A stretch of 63,759 nucleotides of DNA, counting the filler, from Pelomyxa schiedti (Eukaryota > Protista > Evosea): the NCBI GenBank assembly GCA_020536535.1. It is 14 parts of 14 records of this genome, joined end to end, with 100 filler letters (N's around TTAATTAATTAA, not from the genome) between each part and the next. Parts side by side here need not be neighbours in the genome. Positions count along the whole stretch, not along the records: positions 15,067 to 28,558 come from JAHLWZ010001192.1; positions 28,659 to 30,144 come from JAHLWZ010002473.1; positions 30,245 to 31,872 come from JAHLWZ010002374.1; positions 31,973 to 34,627 come from JAHLWZ010000305.1; positions 34,728 to 37,048 come from JAHLWZ010002033.1; positions 37,149 to 38,825 come from JAHLWZ010002342.1; positions 38,926 to 47,773 come from JAHLWZ010000029.1; 7 more parts are not named here. The stretch is one strand, 5' to 3'. The stretch's first letter is position 1; the number at the start of each line of letters is the position of its first letter. Under the pieces are notes generated by a model, which was given only the letters and a program-made list of their open reading frames with translations, ran no database searches and was not told where the DNA came from. The position numbers and the translations under genes are program-made. Below are positions 27,101 through 39,305 of the stretch, one piece after another.

Positions 27101-28558
27101 ATGCGACAGTCAGGATGTGCTTGCTGTATAGCTGAAAGAAATAAGAGGTGTGACAAATGATGGGTGAAATACCATTTAAACATTGTGTTAAGTGTTCCTC
27201 ATCACCAGAAAGTACAACTGATTTGGGAGCATTATAGGACGCAACAGAAATGAAATCCTGGAAAGGCACGACAAAATTATCTGCTTCTTCGGCTGTTAGA
27301 TTCACAGCACACATTTTGCCCTTTCCTGTCTGCGAAAGAGTCCGGTTACTTATGGTCTAACAGCGGTTCTATTCATACCGCTTCTTGCATTAGATTTGCC
27401 CGGGCAAATATCAACTTGCAAGCTGTATCCAAATCTAAAGCACCACATATGTGTGCAGCAGGTATCTCACCAAGGGAATGGCCAAGGACTGCGCTGAACT
27501 CGAGTCCAAAATGTTCCCACAAATGGGCAAAGGAGACCTGCACATAGGAGTTGGGAGAGTCCTAAACAGCGGGAATTCACAACCTCAAAGAGGAAAAGTA
27601 CAACTTGAGCAACTCTGGTCTGATCCAAAAGGGATTCTTCTACACTCATTTTGCTAAGCTCTTCTCTTATATCCCAGTCCATGCCAAACTCATCAAAGTG
27701 AGTTCCCAGTTCATCACACATCTCTCGGTAATAATCATTGGTAAGGTAGAGCTCACGACCCATGGCATACCACTGTGGGCCTATAGGTATAGTGAGAAGT
27801 GTTTACTAACCAGTAATTACCTTGCCCAGAAAAAACAAGACAAGTCTTATTTTTCCCCGCTACAGCAGTCCCAATGACTGGTTTTCTGGATCCCTTGTTT
27901 TCAGGGGTCTGACAAAGATTAGAATATAAAGGTTGATGATTTAGTACCTCATTGAGATAAGCATCAAGTTGGTTAGCCATTATCTCTGCACTAATGCCAA
28001 CGACTGCCATTCGATGCTTTCTAAGGTCTCTTCTGGTTAGAGATGACAGACAAATCTAAGAGTATTAGAAAAGTGAAAAAGTTGTGCAATAACAGAAAAA
28101 CCTTATAAAGAGGAGGTGGTTCATCCTGAGACAAGAGAGCAAGATACTTGGCAGCAACCCGTCGAAGTGCTTCTGGAGAGTGTGCACTAAAAGGCAGTAC
28201 CCAAATGCGGTCATCAACTTCAGGTTCCTCAATTGACGGGGGAGGGGCGTTGCACAAAATTGCGTGTGCGTTTGTTCCTCCAAAACCAAACGAGCTAACT
28301 CCTCCAATAAGTCCCTTCTCTGACTCTGGCCAGTCCATAACCTTTTTCTTTGTTTAAGTTTCTTTGTTTTCGAAGTGAGACTTACCTCGGTAACAACTTG
28401 AACAGGCATATTTGTGAAGTCAATGTTAGGGTTTGCGGTTTTAAAGTGCAATGATGCAGGGATCTTCTTAGAGTGAATGCACAAAGCCAATTTGATGAGC
28501 CCTGCCAACCCTGCACATGCTTCCAAATGCCCAATGTTACTTTTGGCGGAGCCAATGA
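15192..28558 (-). CDS. Modular type I polyketide synthase, 5' partial: (KS)-AT-KR-ACP-KS-AT-DH-ER-KR-ACP-TE, dozens of short introns
   Basis: KS1: [26 protein letters not shown]1: FSGQG, GHSLG, YVFH. KR1: [18 protein letters not shown]1: FGVESM. KS2: DTACSSS, HGTGT, NIGHLE. AT2: FSGQG, GHSLG, YAFH. DH: [24 protein letters not shown]: SLNFRDV, LASGGVG. KR2: [19 protein letters not shown]2: MGLDSM. TE: FPPAGG, GHSAGG, LIDA, GDHWTM. Confidence 0.95.
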
Positions 28559-29796
28559 NNNNNNNNNNNNNNNNNNNNNNNNNNNNNNNNNNNNNNNNNN
28601 NNTTAATTAATTAANNNNNNNNNNNNNNNNNNNNNNNNNNNNNNNNNNNNNNNNNNNNAAGTGGAAGTGAAGGCAGTTGATGAGTCACACCTCGCCACAA
28701 CAACCAGTGACCACTCATCAACCTCTGTTTTTGCCTTATCCTCCCTCACTCGCCCAAACAAACAAGGAGCTCCAGAGACACAATTTCGTAAAGCAGCCCA
28801 TTCCAGGAGGTGCGTCCATCCTCGCCCCACTCCACTGTGCACATACAGGCACCCACCAGGCACACAAAAAGTCACATCAGGATGTGGCCTTCTTGTCACC
28901 AGCACAACTGTGCCCCACCAATTCCCCAGTCCCCGCTCAGTGATGATGCGCGCCGCGTGGCCCTCCACTACCACCACCCATCATGCAGCAGGAGGTTTGG
29001 GCTTCCATACGACACAGCCACACCACTGTCCAGCCACACTTTCACTGATGCCGTGTCAGGTGCCACGTTGTTCACCATCACTTTGCCAATGGGCGTACTC
29101 CTTCTGTCGATTGTACCCATCACGTTCCGCACCCCAAAAGTGGTCACTTCACGTGTATGGTGCTCATGAACGTTTGAAAGAGAAAACCCGTTTTTTTTCA
29201 ATCGCTGCACACACAACAAATCTCCAGTGAATGAACGATTTATGAAGTGATTCTGCCTTCAAACAAATCAGTGCTTCAATACATGGACTCCTCCCACTTA
29301 AGTGAAAACAGTTTTTGTACGGTACTCCAGAGACTAAGAGAAAATCGTACAGGCCAGCGGTCTTCTTACTTGTGCACATATTGTTGGAGCAAACCTCTAC
29401 AAGGTTGCTACTAGTGAAGAACTCACCCGGCTCGTGTTCTTGAAAACTGGTGCTGCCAGAGTTCCCCCAATTTCAGGAGAAGTGCAACCGGCGTTGTTGG
29501 AGGCCCTGAAGAAGAACCACATGACCTTTTTCAGTGCACTTGCAGGTACATTTGTTGTTGTTTTTTTTTAGGTGTTGGCATTAGGTCCCTGTTCACGTTC
29601 TGGATCGCACAAGTTCGTCCCGAACTTTTTTTTCGGGTCCTTCTTTTTTCTTGAAGAATCAACTGCGCGTAAGGGACCACGATCAAGCGATAATTAACGA
29701 TGACCGAAAGCAAGGGAGGTCCCGTGTCTCTCACGGTGGGTTTGCTAATTAGACTGCGCCGCGGTTTATCCTCACCTCACTTTTGCCCCTTTTTTC

Positions 29797-30144
29797 TTGC
29801 CCTCCCAGAAGAGCACTGGGGAATACTACGACGAGGACATCAACGACGGGGACTATCGTGACGACTCCCATAATAACAACGACGGCGGAGTGCTGGACTC
29901 GGATTCCGACTACGAAGGCGGGGGCGTGTACGATAACCGGCGAGATGGTGGTGGTGGCGGCGGCGTGGCAGCAAGCCCGAGCAAGAAGAAGTCAGCTGCC
30001 GTGGGCCGCGGTGACGGCGGCGACGGCGACGGCGACGATATGGTGATGATACGCCGCCAGCAGCCGCGGGCACAAGCACAGGCCCAGACACGGGCTCAGT
30101 CTGACGACGGCGACCCCGACGACTTGGATCCTGTGTTGCCTCAA
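29797..30144 (+). CDS. Acidic/Gly-rich exon of an unidentified protein, truncated by contig end
   Basis: GC-rich open frame following a pyrimidine tract and CAG acceptor; no recognisable domain. Confidence 0.35.
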
Positions 30145-30243
30145 NNNNNNNNNNNNNNNNNNNNNNNNNNNNNNNNNNNNNNNNNNNNTTAATTAATTAA
30201 NNNNNNNNNNNNNNNNNNNNNNNNNNNNNNNNNNNNNNNNNNN

Positions 30244-31017
30244 NGGGAGTCTGTATTGGATAGTGGGTTGGGACATTCTGTTAAATGCAACAGAAAATGG
30301 CTTGTTGATTATTCTGGGCATGCACTGCAGATGTGGAGACTTGATCATAGTTTCTTCCCTCAAGGCGAGCCTCTGAGATTAGATGTGTCTGGAATGGAGA
30401 CAGGCAAGTCCTTTAGCCTGAGTCTTGGGTTGACACACAGCCAGCCAGTTGACTGCATTGCAGATGGTGATGAGTTGTGCATTGTGGCTGACAAAGATTG
30501 CCGCTGTTGCCTCTGGATTGTGGATATCCAGAGGTGCTTTAACACAAGAGCTCTTGTTGTCACCAAGGAGCTCAATGTTGTGAGGGAGGCGAAATGGGGT
30601 TGTGATTTCTGTCTCACAGACATTCTGAGTGATGCATACAGAAGGCTGCATGTTGTCCTCACTAATGTGAGGACTCCAGGTGTTACCACACTGATACAGG
30701 ATGTTGCCACTGGAAGGCTAACCATTCATCCGGCTACAGTGTCACCAGTGGGTGACACTCACTATGGTATTATGTACTATGATCAGCATGAGCCCTTGTC
30801 ACACTTCAGTGTGTTCCAGACAGGAACAGACAAATTGGTGCGGCAGTGGGCAACAAGTTCCAAAGGGGAGCATCTGTGGGGGAATGGTATGTTCTTCAAG
30901 AAGGAGGGCAGAAGTGTTACATGCAGTGAATCACTCTCAGGGGATCCCATTGCTTCATTCACTGTGCTGGACGTGATGAAGTTCACCCTTCTTTTCTACT
31001 CCTTCACACTTCCCTGA
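30244..31017 (+). CDS. C-terminal part of lineage-expanded F-box-like/beta-rich family protein (5' partial)
   Basis: CNRKWLV, DGDELCIVADKDCRCCLWIVDI and LSGDPIASF align with the protein at 43232. Confidence 0.7.
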   Translation, partial: XESVLDSGLGHSVKCNRKWLVDYSGHALQMWRLDHSFFPQGEPLRLDVSGMETGKSFSLSLGLTHSQPVDCIADGDELCIVADKDCRCCLWIVDIQRCFNTRALVVTKELNVVREAKWGCDFCLTDILSDAYRRLHVVLTNVRTPGVTTLIQDVATGRLTIHPATVSPVGDTHYGIMYYDQHEPLSHFSVFQTGTDKLVRQWATSSKGEHLWGNGMFFKKEGRSVTCSESLSGDPIASFTVLDVMKFTLLFYSFTLP

Positions 31018-31319
31018 TTAGAAGTGAAAGCACAGTTAATAATAAAAAACCTGAGTGGCACAATCATTGATTCAGTCCGGTTCTACAACTCAAAAGTCCA
31101 ATTGGATGAACAACAAAAATTCCAGACGGTCCAATTTGTTTTTTCACCTTATCACTGAAACACCCACTTGCAGGTAAAAGTTTTAACCGGGGTAGCACTG
31201 TGCACTTTTATCTTTCTCTCCCTTCATTCATGATCAGAATCAACAATGCTGAATCTCCAATTCCGATCACAATCAATAAGAGCGACAACGACATCGTCGT
31301 TAATCCAGAATTGCGTGGA

Positions 31320-31872
31320 ATGATAGAATTTCGTGGAGGGATTCTGGCCCGAGACCAAGCCGTGGCACTGTTGCTGTGTCGTAACACCCAATTATTATCA
31401 TGTACTTTTTACTCCTATACACAAGGAGCCCGGGAAACTTTTTTTTTTTTTCCCCCCCTCTCACTTTTACTTTGCAGTGGGAGAAGTGACAACAACAACA
31501 AAAGGCAAAGGCAACAGGCCAATGGGCAAGGTGGCAGTCTCTCTTCTGCCCCAGTGTGTGTTGCATGAGTTGATTCAGTCGTGGGTTCTGGAACCATCAC
31601 GTTGTGTGGCCATTCACATGGAGAGTCCTGATCCCTCTGCCCAGTTTTATCCATTTGACGCGATGTATGTCCTTTTGAGTGTGTCACACACGCTTGGTGT
31701 CACTGGTGGAACACCAAAGGTACTCAAGTCATACGATACACCAGTCCCCAGTGTGAGGTTCCTGAGCCCAACTGTCATGCTGCGCTATGACAGTCATTTA
31801 CTGAGCGCTGTTGACCTCACTGGGAAGAGGGACACTGCTGTTGTGTGGCGACAACGGTGCAGTGCCTGGGGT
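31320..31872 (+). CDS. N-terminal part of the same expanded family (one intron, 3' partial)
   Basis: MIEFRGGILARDQAVALLLC, then intron, then VSLLPQCVLHELIQSWVL...VSHTLGV. Confidence 0.7.
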
Positions 31873-31972
31873 NNNNNNNNNNNNNNNNNNNNNNNNNNNN
31901 NNNNNNNNNNNNNNNNTTAATTAATTAANNNNNNNNNNNNNNNNNNNNNNNNNNNNNNNNNNNNNNNNNNNN

Positions 31973-34627
31973 ATATTCATCAGGGAACAAATGCTCACCG
32001 TGACAATGCAAAATTTGCCTGTTGTTGGTTGAAACAAAGGAATAAATATATGAGTGAGAAAAAAAGAAAAAAGAAAAGGGATACCAGGTGTCTTGACAGC
32101 TCCAAAATAGTGCACGATCTGTAAAAATTGAGGATAAAAAAATTGTTTTTGCCAAGGACCTGTGGACACCTGACTGATTCCAAAATTCGAATTTCAGTGC
32201 TGTAAAAAAAATGGTGAGAGCGAAGACAACAGTCGAGTGGATGGAGCTTGTACAAAAATTCAGTTGCTGAATTTTTCCCTTCTTGATTTTTCACCACTTT
32301 CACTGCAACTTCTTGCTCACGCCTGAAAAATAATTAACAATGGATTGTGAAGTTTACACTGAAATGGTACCAGCTCCCAACCTGGCAGGAGAAGAAGGAG
32401 AAAGAGTTAGTTCGAGAGAGTTTCTCCTGCTAAAGTGCGAAGGAGGGGGAGAAAGATAATACCCAGACAACGCCATAAGCACCTTCCCCAATCTCTCTTG
32501 TAAGCTTCATTTATTGTCGCGAGATTTTGTGATTGAACGGAGTGAGTATAAAGACAAGAGAAGAGAGCGCACTCACACGCAATTCTTCATGATCAAGGGA
32601 AGTGGATATCATGGAGTCAATGGCAATTTTCAAAACAACAAAGTTCTGTTTTGCCGCAAAAAAAAAAAAGAATAAGTGGGAGAAGGGATGCGAATAAAGA
32701 AAGCATACTTGAGGTTCAGCTTTATCTTGAACGGAAAGACAGTAAGCTCATCAGTAAAAATAAAATGGCAAAAAAACCAAAGTGAGGGAGCATTACTGTT
32801 GTGCGCCATGATGATGACATCGGTGTTGATGGTTGTTGTGCACAAAACAGTGAGTGAAACAACAACTTCCATTTCTTCATCCTGGGAACGAATCCTTCAG
32901 CTCAACTCGGTGCAAAAAAGAGAATGTGAAACCTGTTTCAGTGTGGCTGAGGATTCGCTGAACTGAAGTGTATACTGGTGACTCTTTGGTGCCATCACCT
33001 GGAGAGAAGAAATGCCGTGAGTCACTTTTTGTAAATGTGTTTCGTAATTCAGTGTTGTTCAACTCAACCTTAAATGCCACAGGAGACCTTGAAGTGTTGT
33101 TGGTGAGCGTGATTGTTTGTTTCATTTCTGTTCCAACTGGTGCTTGATGTGTTCCAAGTTCAAAATCCAAAACTGAGTGTGGTGTGACCTGGGATGGAAC
33201 ACTTGAGGAGAGGAATAAAAGAAATGGGGTTGGGGTTGGGGTTGGGGGGGGGGATACTTCAAGAGGGAATTTTTCGACTGCAACTTGCCTGAAAAAAGAC
33301 CCGTTAATATGATACTTATTTACTTGAAGTCAGCACATACATTGAAGGGTCAAGAGAAAGNNNNNNNNNNNNNNNNNNNNNNNNNNNNNNNNNNNNNNNN
33401 NNNNNNNNNNNNNNNNNNNNNNNNNNNNNNNNNNNNNNNNNNNNNNNNNNNNNNNNNNNNGGTTGGGGGGGGGGATACTTCAAGAGGGAATTTTTCGACT
33501 GCAACTTGCCTGAAAAAAGACCCGTTAATATGATACTTATTTACTTGAAGTCAGCACATACATTGAAGGGTCAAGAGAAAGTGATTTATCGTATCGTGAC
33601 AAGTCAGACATCTTTGAAAGTGGTGTCATCTCCATGACATTCGCCGCTTCTTCGGGCAGGTCTGATCCACCACCGTTTCTCCCTCTCCTTGAAGGAAAAA
33701 CAATCAGAAAAAGGAGTCAGTGGGTGAGAAAAAAAAAGGAGCACCACAGGTGGATGCATTTGAGTGGAGTCGTACACACCACACGAAGAACATAATGAGG
33801 CCGGCAGCACATCCAGCAATAAGTGGAACACCAAGTCCGACACCAAGGCCGAGAGCAAGTCCCAGCATCCCTTTCTTCCCACCACCATCGCTGCTGCTGC
33901 TCTGCTGACTCAAAAGAGTGTCAGAACTGTCCCCATTGCTCTCGGAAATTCCGGATGCAGACATTACTGTTGATTGGGATGAGCTCGATAGTGATGGATG
34001 AGAAGAGGACTGTGAAAGGGAGGGGTTGTTGCAATCGTACTGCGATAACAGCTGGAAGTAAATTGTGGGATTCGGAAGCTTCCCAACAATTTTCGGTGTT
34101 GGGGAGGAATAAGGATCAATTGCAAGAATGCAGTTGCTCGGTTGTGTGCCTTCCAGATAAGAGGCACTCACGAATCTAAGTGGTGGGAAAAGTCTTGTGT
34201 TAGAACATGACTCTGCTAGGTATATGTGGTGGAGGAACATACAATAAATTGGAGGAGCAGTCCATTGCAAGCCCACCAATGTCAGTGTAGCCTGTCAACG
34301 AGATGAGCGTTGAATAACTGCCGGTGAAGTTCACTCGGAGAATTTGTTTGTGTGTTCTGTCAACCATGAAAATGGTCTTGCAATCCTTGGAAAGCGCCGC
34401 CTCAGACAGATCCTTTGGGCTCACGGAGCCAGACAGCGACATCGTGAATCTCAGTATCCACCCCTGCCCTTTCGGCTCCTCCCAGTATACCGCGTTCTTC
34501 GTTTCGGATGGCGCGTAGCTGGCGATCATGAAGCTTTCCGTGCAGTGCAACGTGACACCAGCCAAGGCCACCTGTCCGGCAAGAGGCTTTTGAAGATTTT
34601 GGTTCTGCGTGCCAGCACATTGAGAAT
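31973..34627 (-). CDS. Single-pass receptor-like (TKL-type) protein kinase, partial at both ends
   Basis: Beta-rich ectodomain, Ser-rich stalk, TM GLALGLGVGLGVPLIAGCAAGLIMFFVW, juxtamembrane Ig/MSP-like HQAPVGTEMKQTITLTNN, kinase motifs IGEGAYGVVW, VAVK, EIRILESVRCPQIVHYFGA. Confidence 0.8.
33240..33581. repeat. About 120-nt sequence duplicated across a 100-N gap (overlapping contig ends)
   Basis: 33240-33360 matches 33461-33581. Confidence 0.85.
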
Positions 34628-34727
34628 NNNNNNNNNNNNNNNNNNNNNNNNNNNNNNNNNNNNNNNNNNNNTTAATTAATTAANNNNNNNNNNNNNNNNN
34701 NNNNNNNNNNNNNNNNNNNNNNNNNNN

Positions 34728-37048
34728 TGCTGCTTGTCTCAGGTTTGCTGACCTTTCAAAAGAAGGGTGTTGGTGTTTGAAGAGCGGGATATTGAAATCC
34801 CCTATCAGGATGGTTGCTGATGTGTTACTTGGGGTGTATCTTTTGTTGACGTGTTCCCAGAAGTCTGCCGCTTCTGGGTGGCCTAAGTATGGTGCATAGA
34901 CGCCGATGATGTCTAAGGCTTGATTCTCCCAGAGAATTTGAACCTTGGACATTCAGCCTTCCATCAGGACTTCGGGTTGTGTGGGGTTGAGGGATTTGAG
35001 TTTGGGTGTTGGTTATTTGTGTGGGATTTTGTATTTGTGTTTTGTATATTTGTATATAGAAATGAGGTGACTTGGTGTGCGTTTATAAAGGATTCCAAAG
35101 TCAAGGGAAAGGTCTTGGGTATCTCGATGATCTTTCTGTGAACTTGATTTCCGAACTTGGTAAGTGATGACTCAGCCTCTGAGTGTCCAGTCTCGAGTCT
35201 TGCAAGTGCGCCTTGCGCACAGTTTGCCTGTGTGTTCGCAGAATCACACAATGCTGTGGTGAGGTGTTCCTGGTTAATGGAAGAACTAACAACACTTCAG
35301 ATGGACATCCCACACTGGCGCAGCTTTCAGACCAGAAGCCAGCATAGATTCTGACTGGCACATCCAAGTAAACAAGCTGCACAGCATTTGGAGACAGAAC
35401 CTGGAAACCAAGAGCCAGAGAAGAAGAAGCAAAGCAGGGCACATGTGTGCTCCTCATGCAGCTCTTAAAACTGCAGTGGGAGTGGACTGGGTAATTTTGC
35501 TGGTGCGTTTTGTTGTGCCGGTGTTCCAACACCGCGTTGAGTCTCTAGGGACTGTTTTGTTGGAGAGAACATGATCACGAGGTGGACGGAATCATCAAAC
35601 TTGGACAGTGCCAGGTGAGGAAGCCATAGGGGTAAGATGCACGGAAGCATTCTTCGAGGGACCCCACTGATTCCAGCAGGAACTAAATCCTCCAAAACAT
35701 CTTCCTCATGGCCACAAGTATTTGGGAGTCTTTCTCATGACATACCCGCAATTTATGATTCCCATCCACTCTTCAATGTGGCAAACAATGTGCCAACCTC
35801 CTCTCAGGACTATAAAGCCCAGTTCATGTTTAAGAACACCCCCCTAAGAAAAAAACGGAGAGGAGCAAAGTTTGTGTTGGGAACATGAAGCACAAATAGA
35901 GAAAACTTACATCTCCCTTTTTTTTTTCTTAGGGGGGTGTTCTTAAACATGAACTGGGCTTTATAGTCCTGAGAGGAGGTTGGCACATTGTTTGCCACAT
36001 TGAAGAGTGGATGGGAATCATAAATTGCGGGTATGTCATGAGAAAGACTCCCAAATACTTGTGGCCATGAGGAAGATGTTTTGGAGGATTTAGTTCCTGC
36101 TGGAATCAGTGGGGTCCCTCGAAGAATGCTTCCGTGCATCTTACCCCTATGGCTTCCTCACCTGGCACTGTCCAAGTTTGATGATTCCGTCCACCTCGTG
36201 ATCATGTTCTCTCCAACAAAACAGTCCCTAGAGACTCAACGCGGTGTTGGAACACCGGCACAACAAAACGCACCAGCAAAATTACCCAGTCCACTCCCAC
36301 TGCAGTTTTAAGAGCTGCATGAGGAGCACACATGTGCCCTGCTTTGCTTCTTCTTCTCTGGCTCTTGGTTTCCAGGTTCTGTCTCCAAATGCTGTGCAGC
36401 TTGTTTACTTGGATGTGCCAGTCAGAATCTATGCTGGCTTCTGGTCTGAAAGCTGCGCCAGTGTGGGATGTCCATCTGAAGTGTTGTTAGTTCTTCCATT
36501 AACCAGGAACACCTCACCACAGCATTGTGTGATTCTGCGAACACACAGGCAAACTGTGCGCAAGGCGCACTTGCAAGACTCGAGACTGGACACTCAGAGG
36601 CTGAGTCATCACTTACCAAGTTCGGAAATCAAGTTCACAGAAAGATCATCGAGATACCCAAGACCTTTCCCTTGACTTTGGAATCCTTTATAAACGCACA
36701 CCAAGTCACCTCATTTCTATATACAAATATACAAAACACAAATACAAAATCCCACACAAATAACCAACACCCAAACTCAAATCCCTCAACCCCACACAAC
36801 CCGAAGTCCTGATGGAAGGCTGAATGTCCAAGGTTCAAATTCTCTGGGAGAATCAAGCCTTAGACATCATCGGCGTCTATGCACCATACTTAGGCCACCC
36901 AGAAGCGGCAGACTTCTGGGAACACGTCAACAAAAGATACACCCCAAGTAACACATCAGCAACCATCCTGATAGGGGATTTCAATATCCCGCTCTTCAAA
37001 CACCAACACCCTTCTTTTGAAAGGTCAGCAAACCTGAGACAAGCAGCA
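34728..37048. repeat. Whole-contig palindrome: arms 34728-35855 and 35921-37048 (1128 bp each) around a 65-nt spacer
   Basis: Mirror ORF pairs with identical translations; mirrored coordinates sum to 71776; the contig ends are exact reverse complements. Confidence 0.97.
36810..37048 (+). mobile_element. Degenerate APE-type endonuclease fragment of a non-LTR retrotransposon (mirror copy at 34728-34966 on the minus strand)
   Basis: IIGVYAP...ATILIGDFNIPL motifs; the upstream DGR motif lies in another frame; the frame runs off the contig. Confidence 0.7.
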
Positions 37049-38634
37049 NNNNNNNNNNNNNNNNNNNNNNNNNNNNNNNNNNNNNNNNNNNNTTAATTAA
37101 TTAANNNNNNNNNNNNNNNNNNNNNNNNNNNNNNNNNNNNNNNNNNNNGATGAGCAAACGAAACTCACTATTGTTTTCTTCTCATTTTTGAAGTGCGGGT
37201 TGTAACCAATACTCATTGCCATTTCATACACAGGTTCCTGTTCTCATTAGTTTATTTGACGCAGAGACTGAATTAATGCTCTATGTAATGATTCGTTAAG
37301 AATATCGAATAAGGACAACATACAACTCCGTTAAGAGTTGCCCATCCATAATACACTCCAACTTTGAAGTCAGGTAATAATTGGTCATATTGCTCGGTAG
37401 GTATATTGGCTAATATTAAATACTACATTAGAGGTTGTGCAACAAGGAATAAGGCAATTGGAGAGGAAAAAAACAATACCGGTTGGGAAGCCCAGTAGCG
37501 AACTTCCTCGGCCGAATCCCACAATTACAGGTCCCTCCATTCTCACGGGAAGACTTACACCGGCCATTTTGACTCGTAGGCAGCCAGCGTTAATTAATGC
37601 TTTTTATTGTATTTTTCCCCGTCTTGTTCAGATGGCTTCTTTTCTGCTTCCGCTAAGGGACAACAAAGAACACCTGTGCTGACGGCGTAATTCTTTGCTG
37701 GTTCTAAATAACTGATTTCATTTGGGTTTTCCATTGTTGTGTGTATGAGAGTGTGTTAAGTGGATGGATATTGCCACTGTAGGTTTCGGTAGTATTTTTG
37801 GTCCTTATTGGCTGTGTGTCATTGTTCTACGCGGAGGCAGCCAACCGTGATTTGTTTTCCCTTCACAGGGTACAGAGAACCAGGACCTTTTCTGACCCGT
37901 TGATGCCAAAAAGTGTGAGTCCCAACATTCACCTTTTGCTTATTTCTTTCGTTTCACAAATATCTTCCCAGTTCCAAACTACAAGCACGCGAGCAACAGG
38001 CAACTTCCCTCGAGGCTGAAAAGCAGAACGCACTCGGAAAGCAAGCTGCACTCAACGAAATCCCCACAAGCAAAGTGCCAAGTCCCTGAAACAAGTGTTC
38101 CGCATCCACAATCACACTGAGGGAGTACTTGTAGTCGTGCAGAATCCCCCCTCAAGAGGTTCTCGTCCTCCTGACCTTCATTAACGGGTGAACTCATAAT
38201 ACCCAACCGAATGATTCAAAGTTATTTATTATTGTCCTCCTTCTTCGTTATTCACAAACTTAGAGACCCCAACGGCGGCATTCAATGAAACAGGTTGTTG
38301 TGAAACAACCAAACGTGAAATCGCCGCGGTTGACACTCAGATCCGGCCCAAGCCCTGCGTCTGCAGTCGCCACTGCCTCTACTTCTGGATCCTCATGAAT
38401 TGGTGTTACCTGTGAAATACACAGCCACTTCTTCCTCAGTCTCCTTCTCCAAGAACCACCCCACCATGCCTCGTCTATCTTCCACCCAATTGACCAACGG
38501 CTTGGGCCCATGGACTGTGGCTGTGTCCTGTCACAGAGTCGAACGCAACGATCACCGATACCCCGCTTGAAAGCTCGTCACATTTTTTCTTCTTCTAAAA
38601 CTCATGCCAGCATTTTTAACTATTATTCAAGTAT

Positions 38635-38780
38635 TTACAAGAAATCAGCTATGTTGGTTGGCATAGGGACGATGGAGGTGTCATACATTTTCTCCAGTTG
38701 GTGCAGTTTGATTTCCTCTCTTGCTGTTGCGAAGTTCACGGCTACGCCTTTCCTGCCAAACCTGGCACTGCGTCCAATCC
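38635..38780 (-). CDS. Last exon of an eIF4A-like DEAD-box RNA helicase
   Basis: RIGRSARFGRKGVAVNF...LEKMYDTSIVPMPTNIADFL* matches the eIF4A C-terminus. Confidence 0.85.
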
Positions 38781-39305
38781 TGTGAGTGTGTTTAGGGACT
38801 TGTATGCAACAATTCAATGTTCATGNNNNNNNNNNNNNNNNNNNNNNNNNNNNNNNNNNNNNNNNNNNNTTAATTAATTAANNNNNNNNNNNNNNNNNNN
38901 NNNNNNNNNNNNNNNNNNNNNNNNNAAGACTTAGGCAATCTTCTCTCCTCATAGGAACCTGAACGTTGATGATCACACCGCCAAAGGGCCTTACCGTTGG
39001 ATAAGGATTATCACAACCTCACAATCCTATGTACGTCGGCTATGATAAAATACGTTATTATATACTGTACTTCCTCCCAAACAAAGCCACTGTAATGAGT
39101 GATGAAAGTTTTTTTCTTAACCACTGCTGTGTTGTGTTTCATAACTGTGCTTTTGCATCACTTCCGAGAAAACTTTTCGGGGTTTATTCAAACAGTAAGG
39201 AAGATCATGTCGCGGTTCGACACACATTCGCTGTTCAAGGGTAAGAAGGAGAGATAAAACAAAATTGAATGATGGGACCATGGTGGCGACGAACAACAAC
39301 TAACG

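Noticed and set aside
33226-33253. (GGGGTT)3 telomere-like tract
   Set aside because: Only about three units, inside an intron of the kinase gene; on the gene's sense strand it is a C-rich low-complexity tract.
37149-38600. Possible gene convergent with the eIF4A-like gene
   Set aside because: Low-complexity frames without identifiable domains; strand and exons could not be supported.
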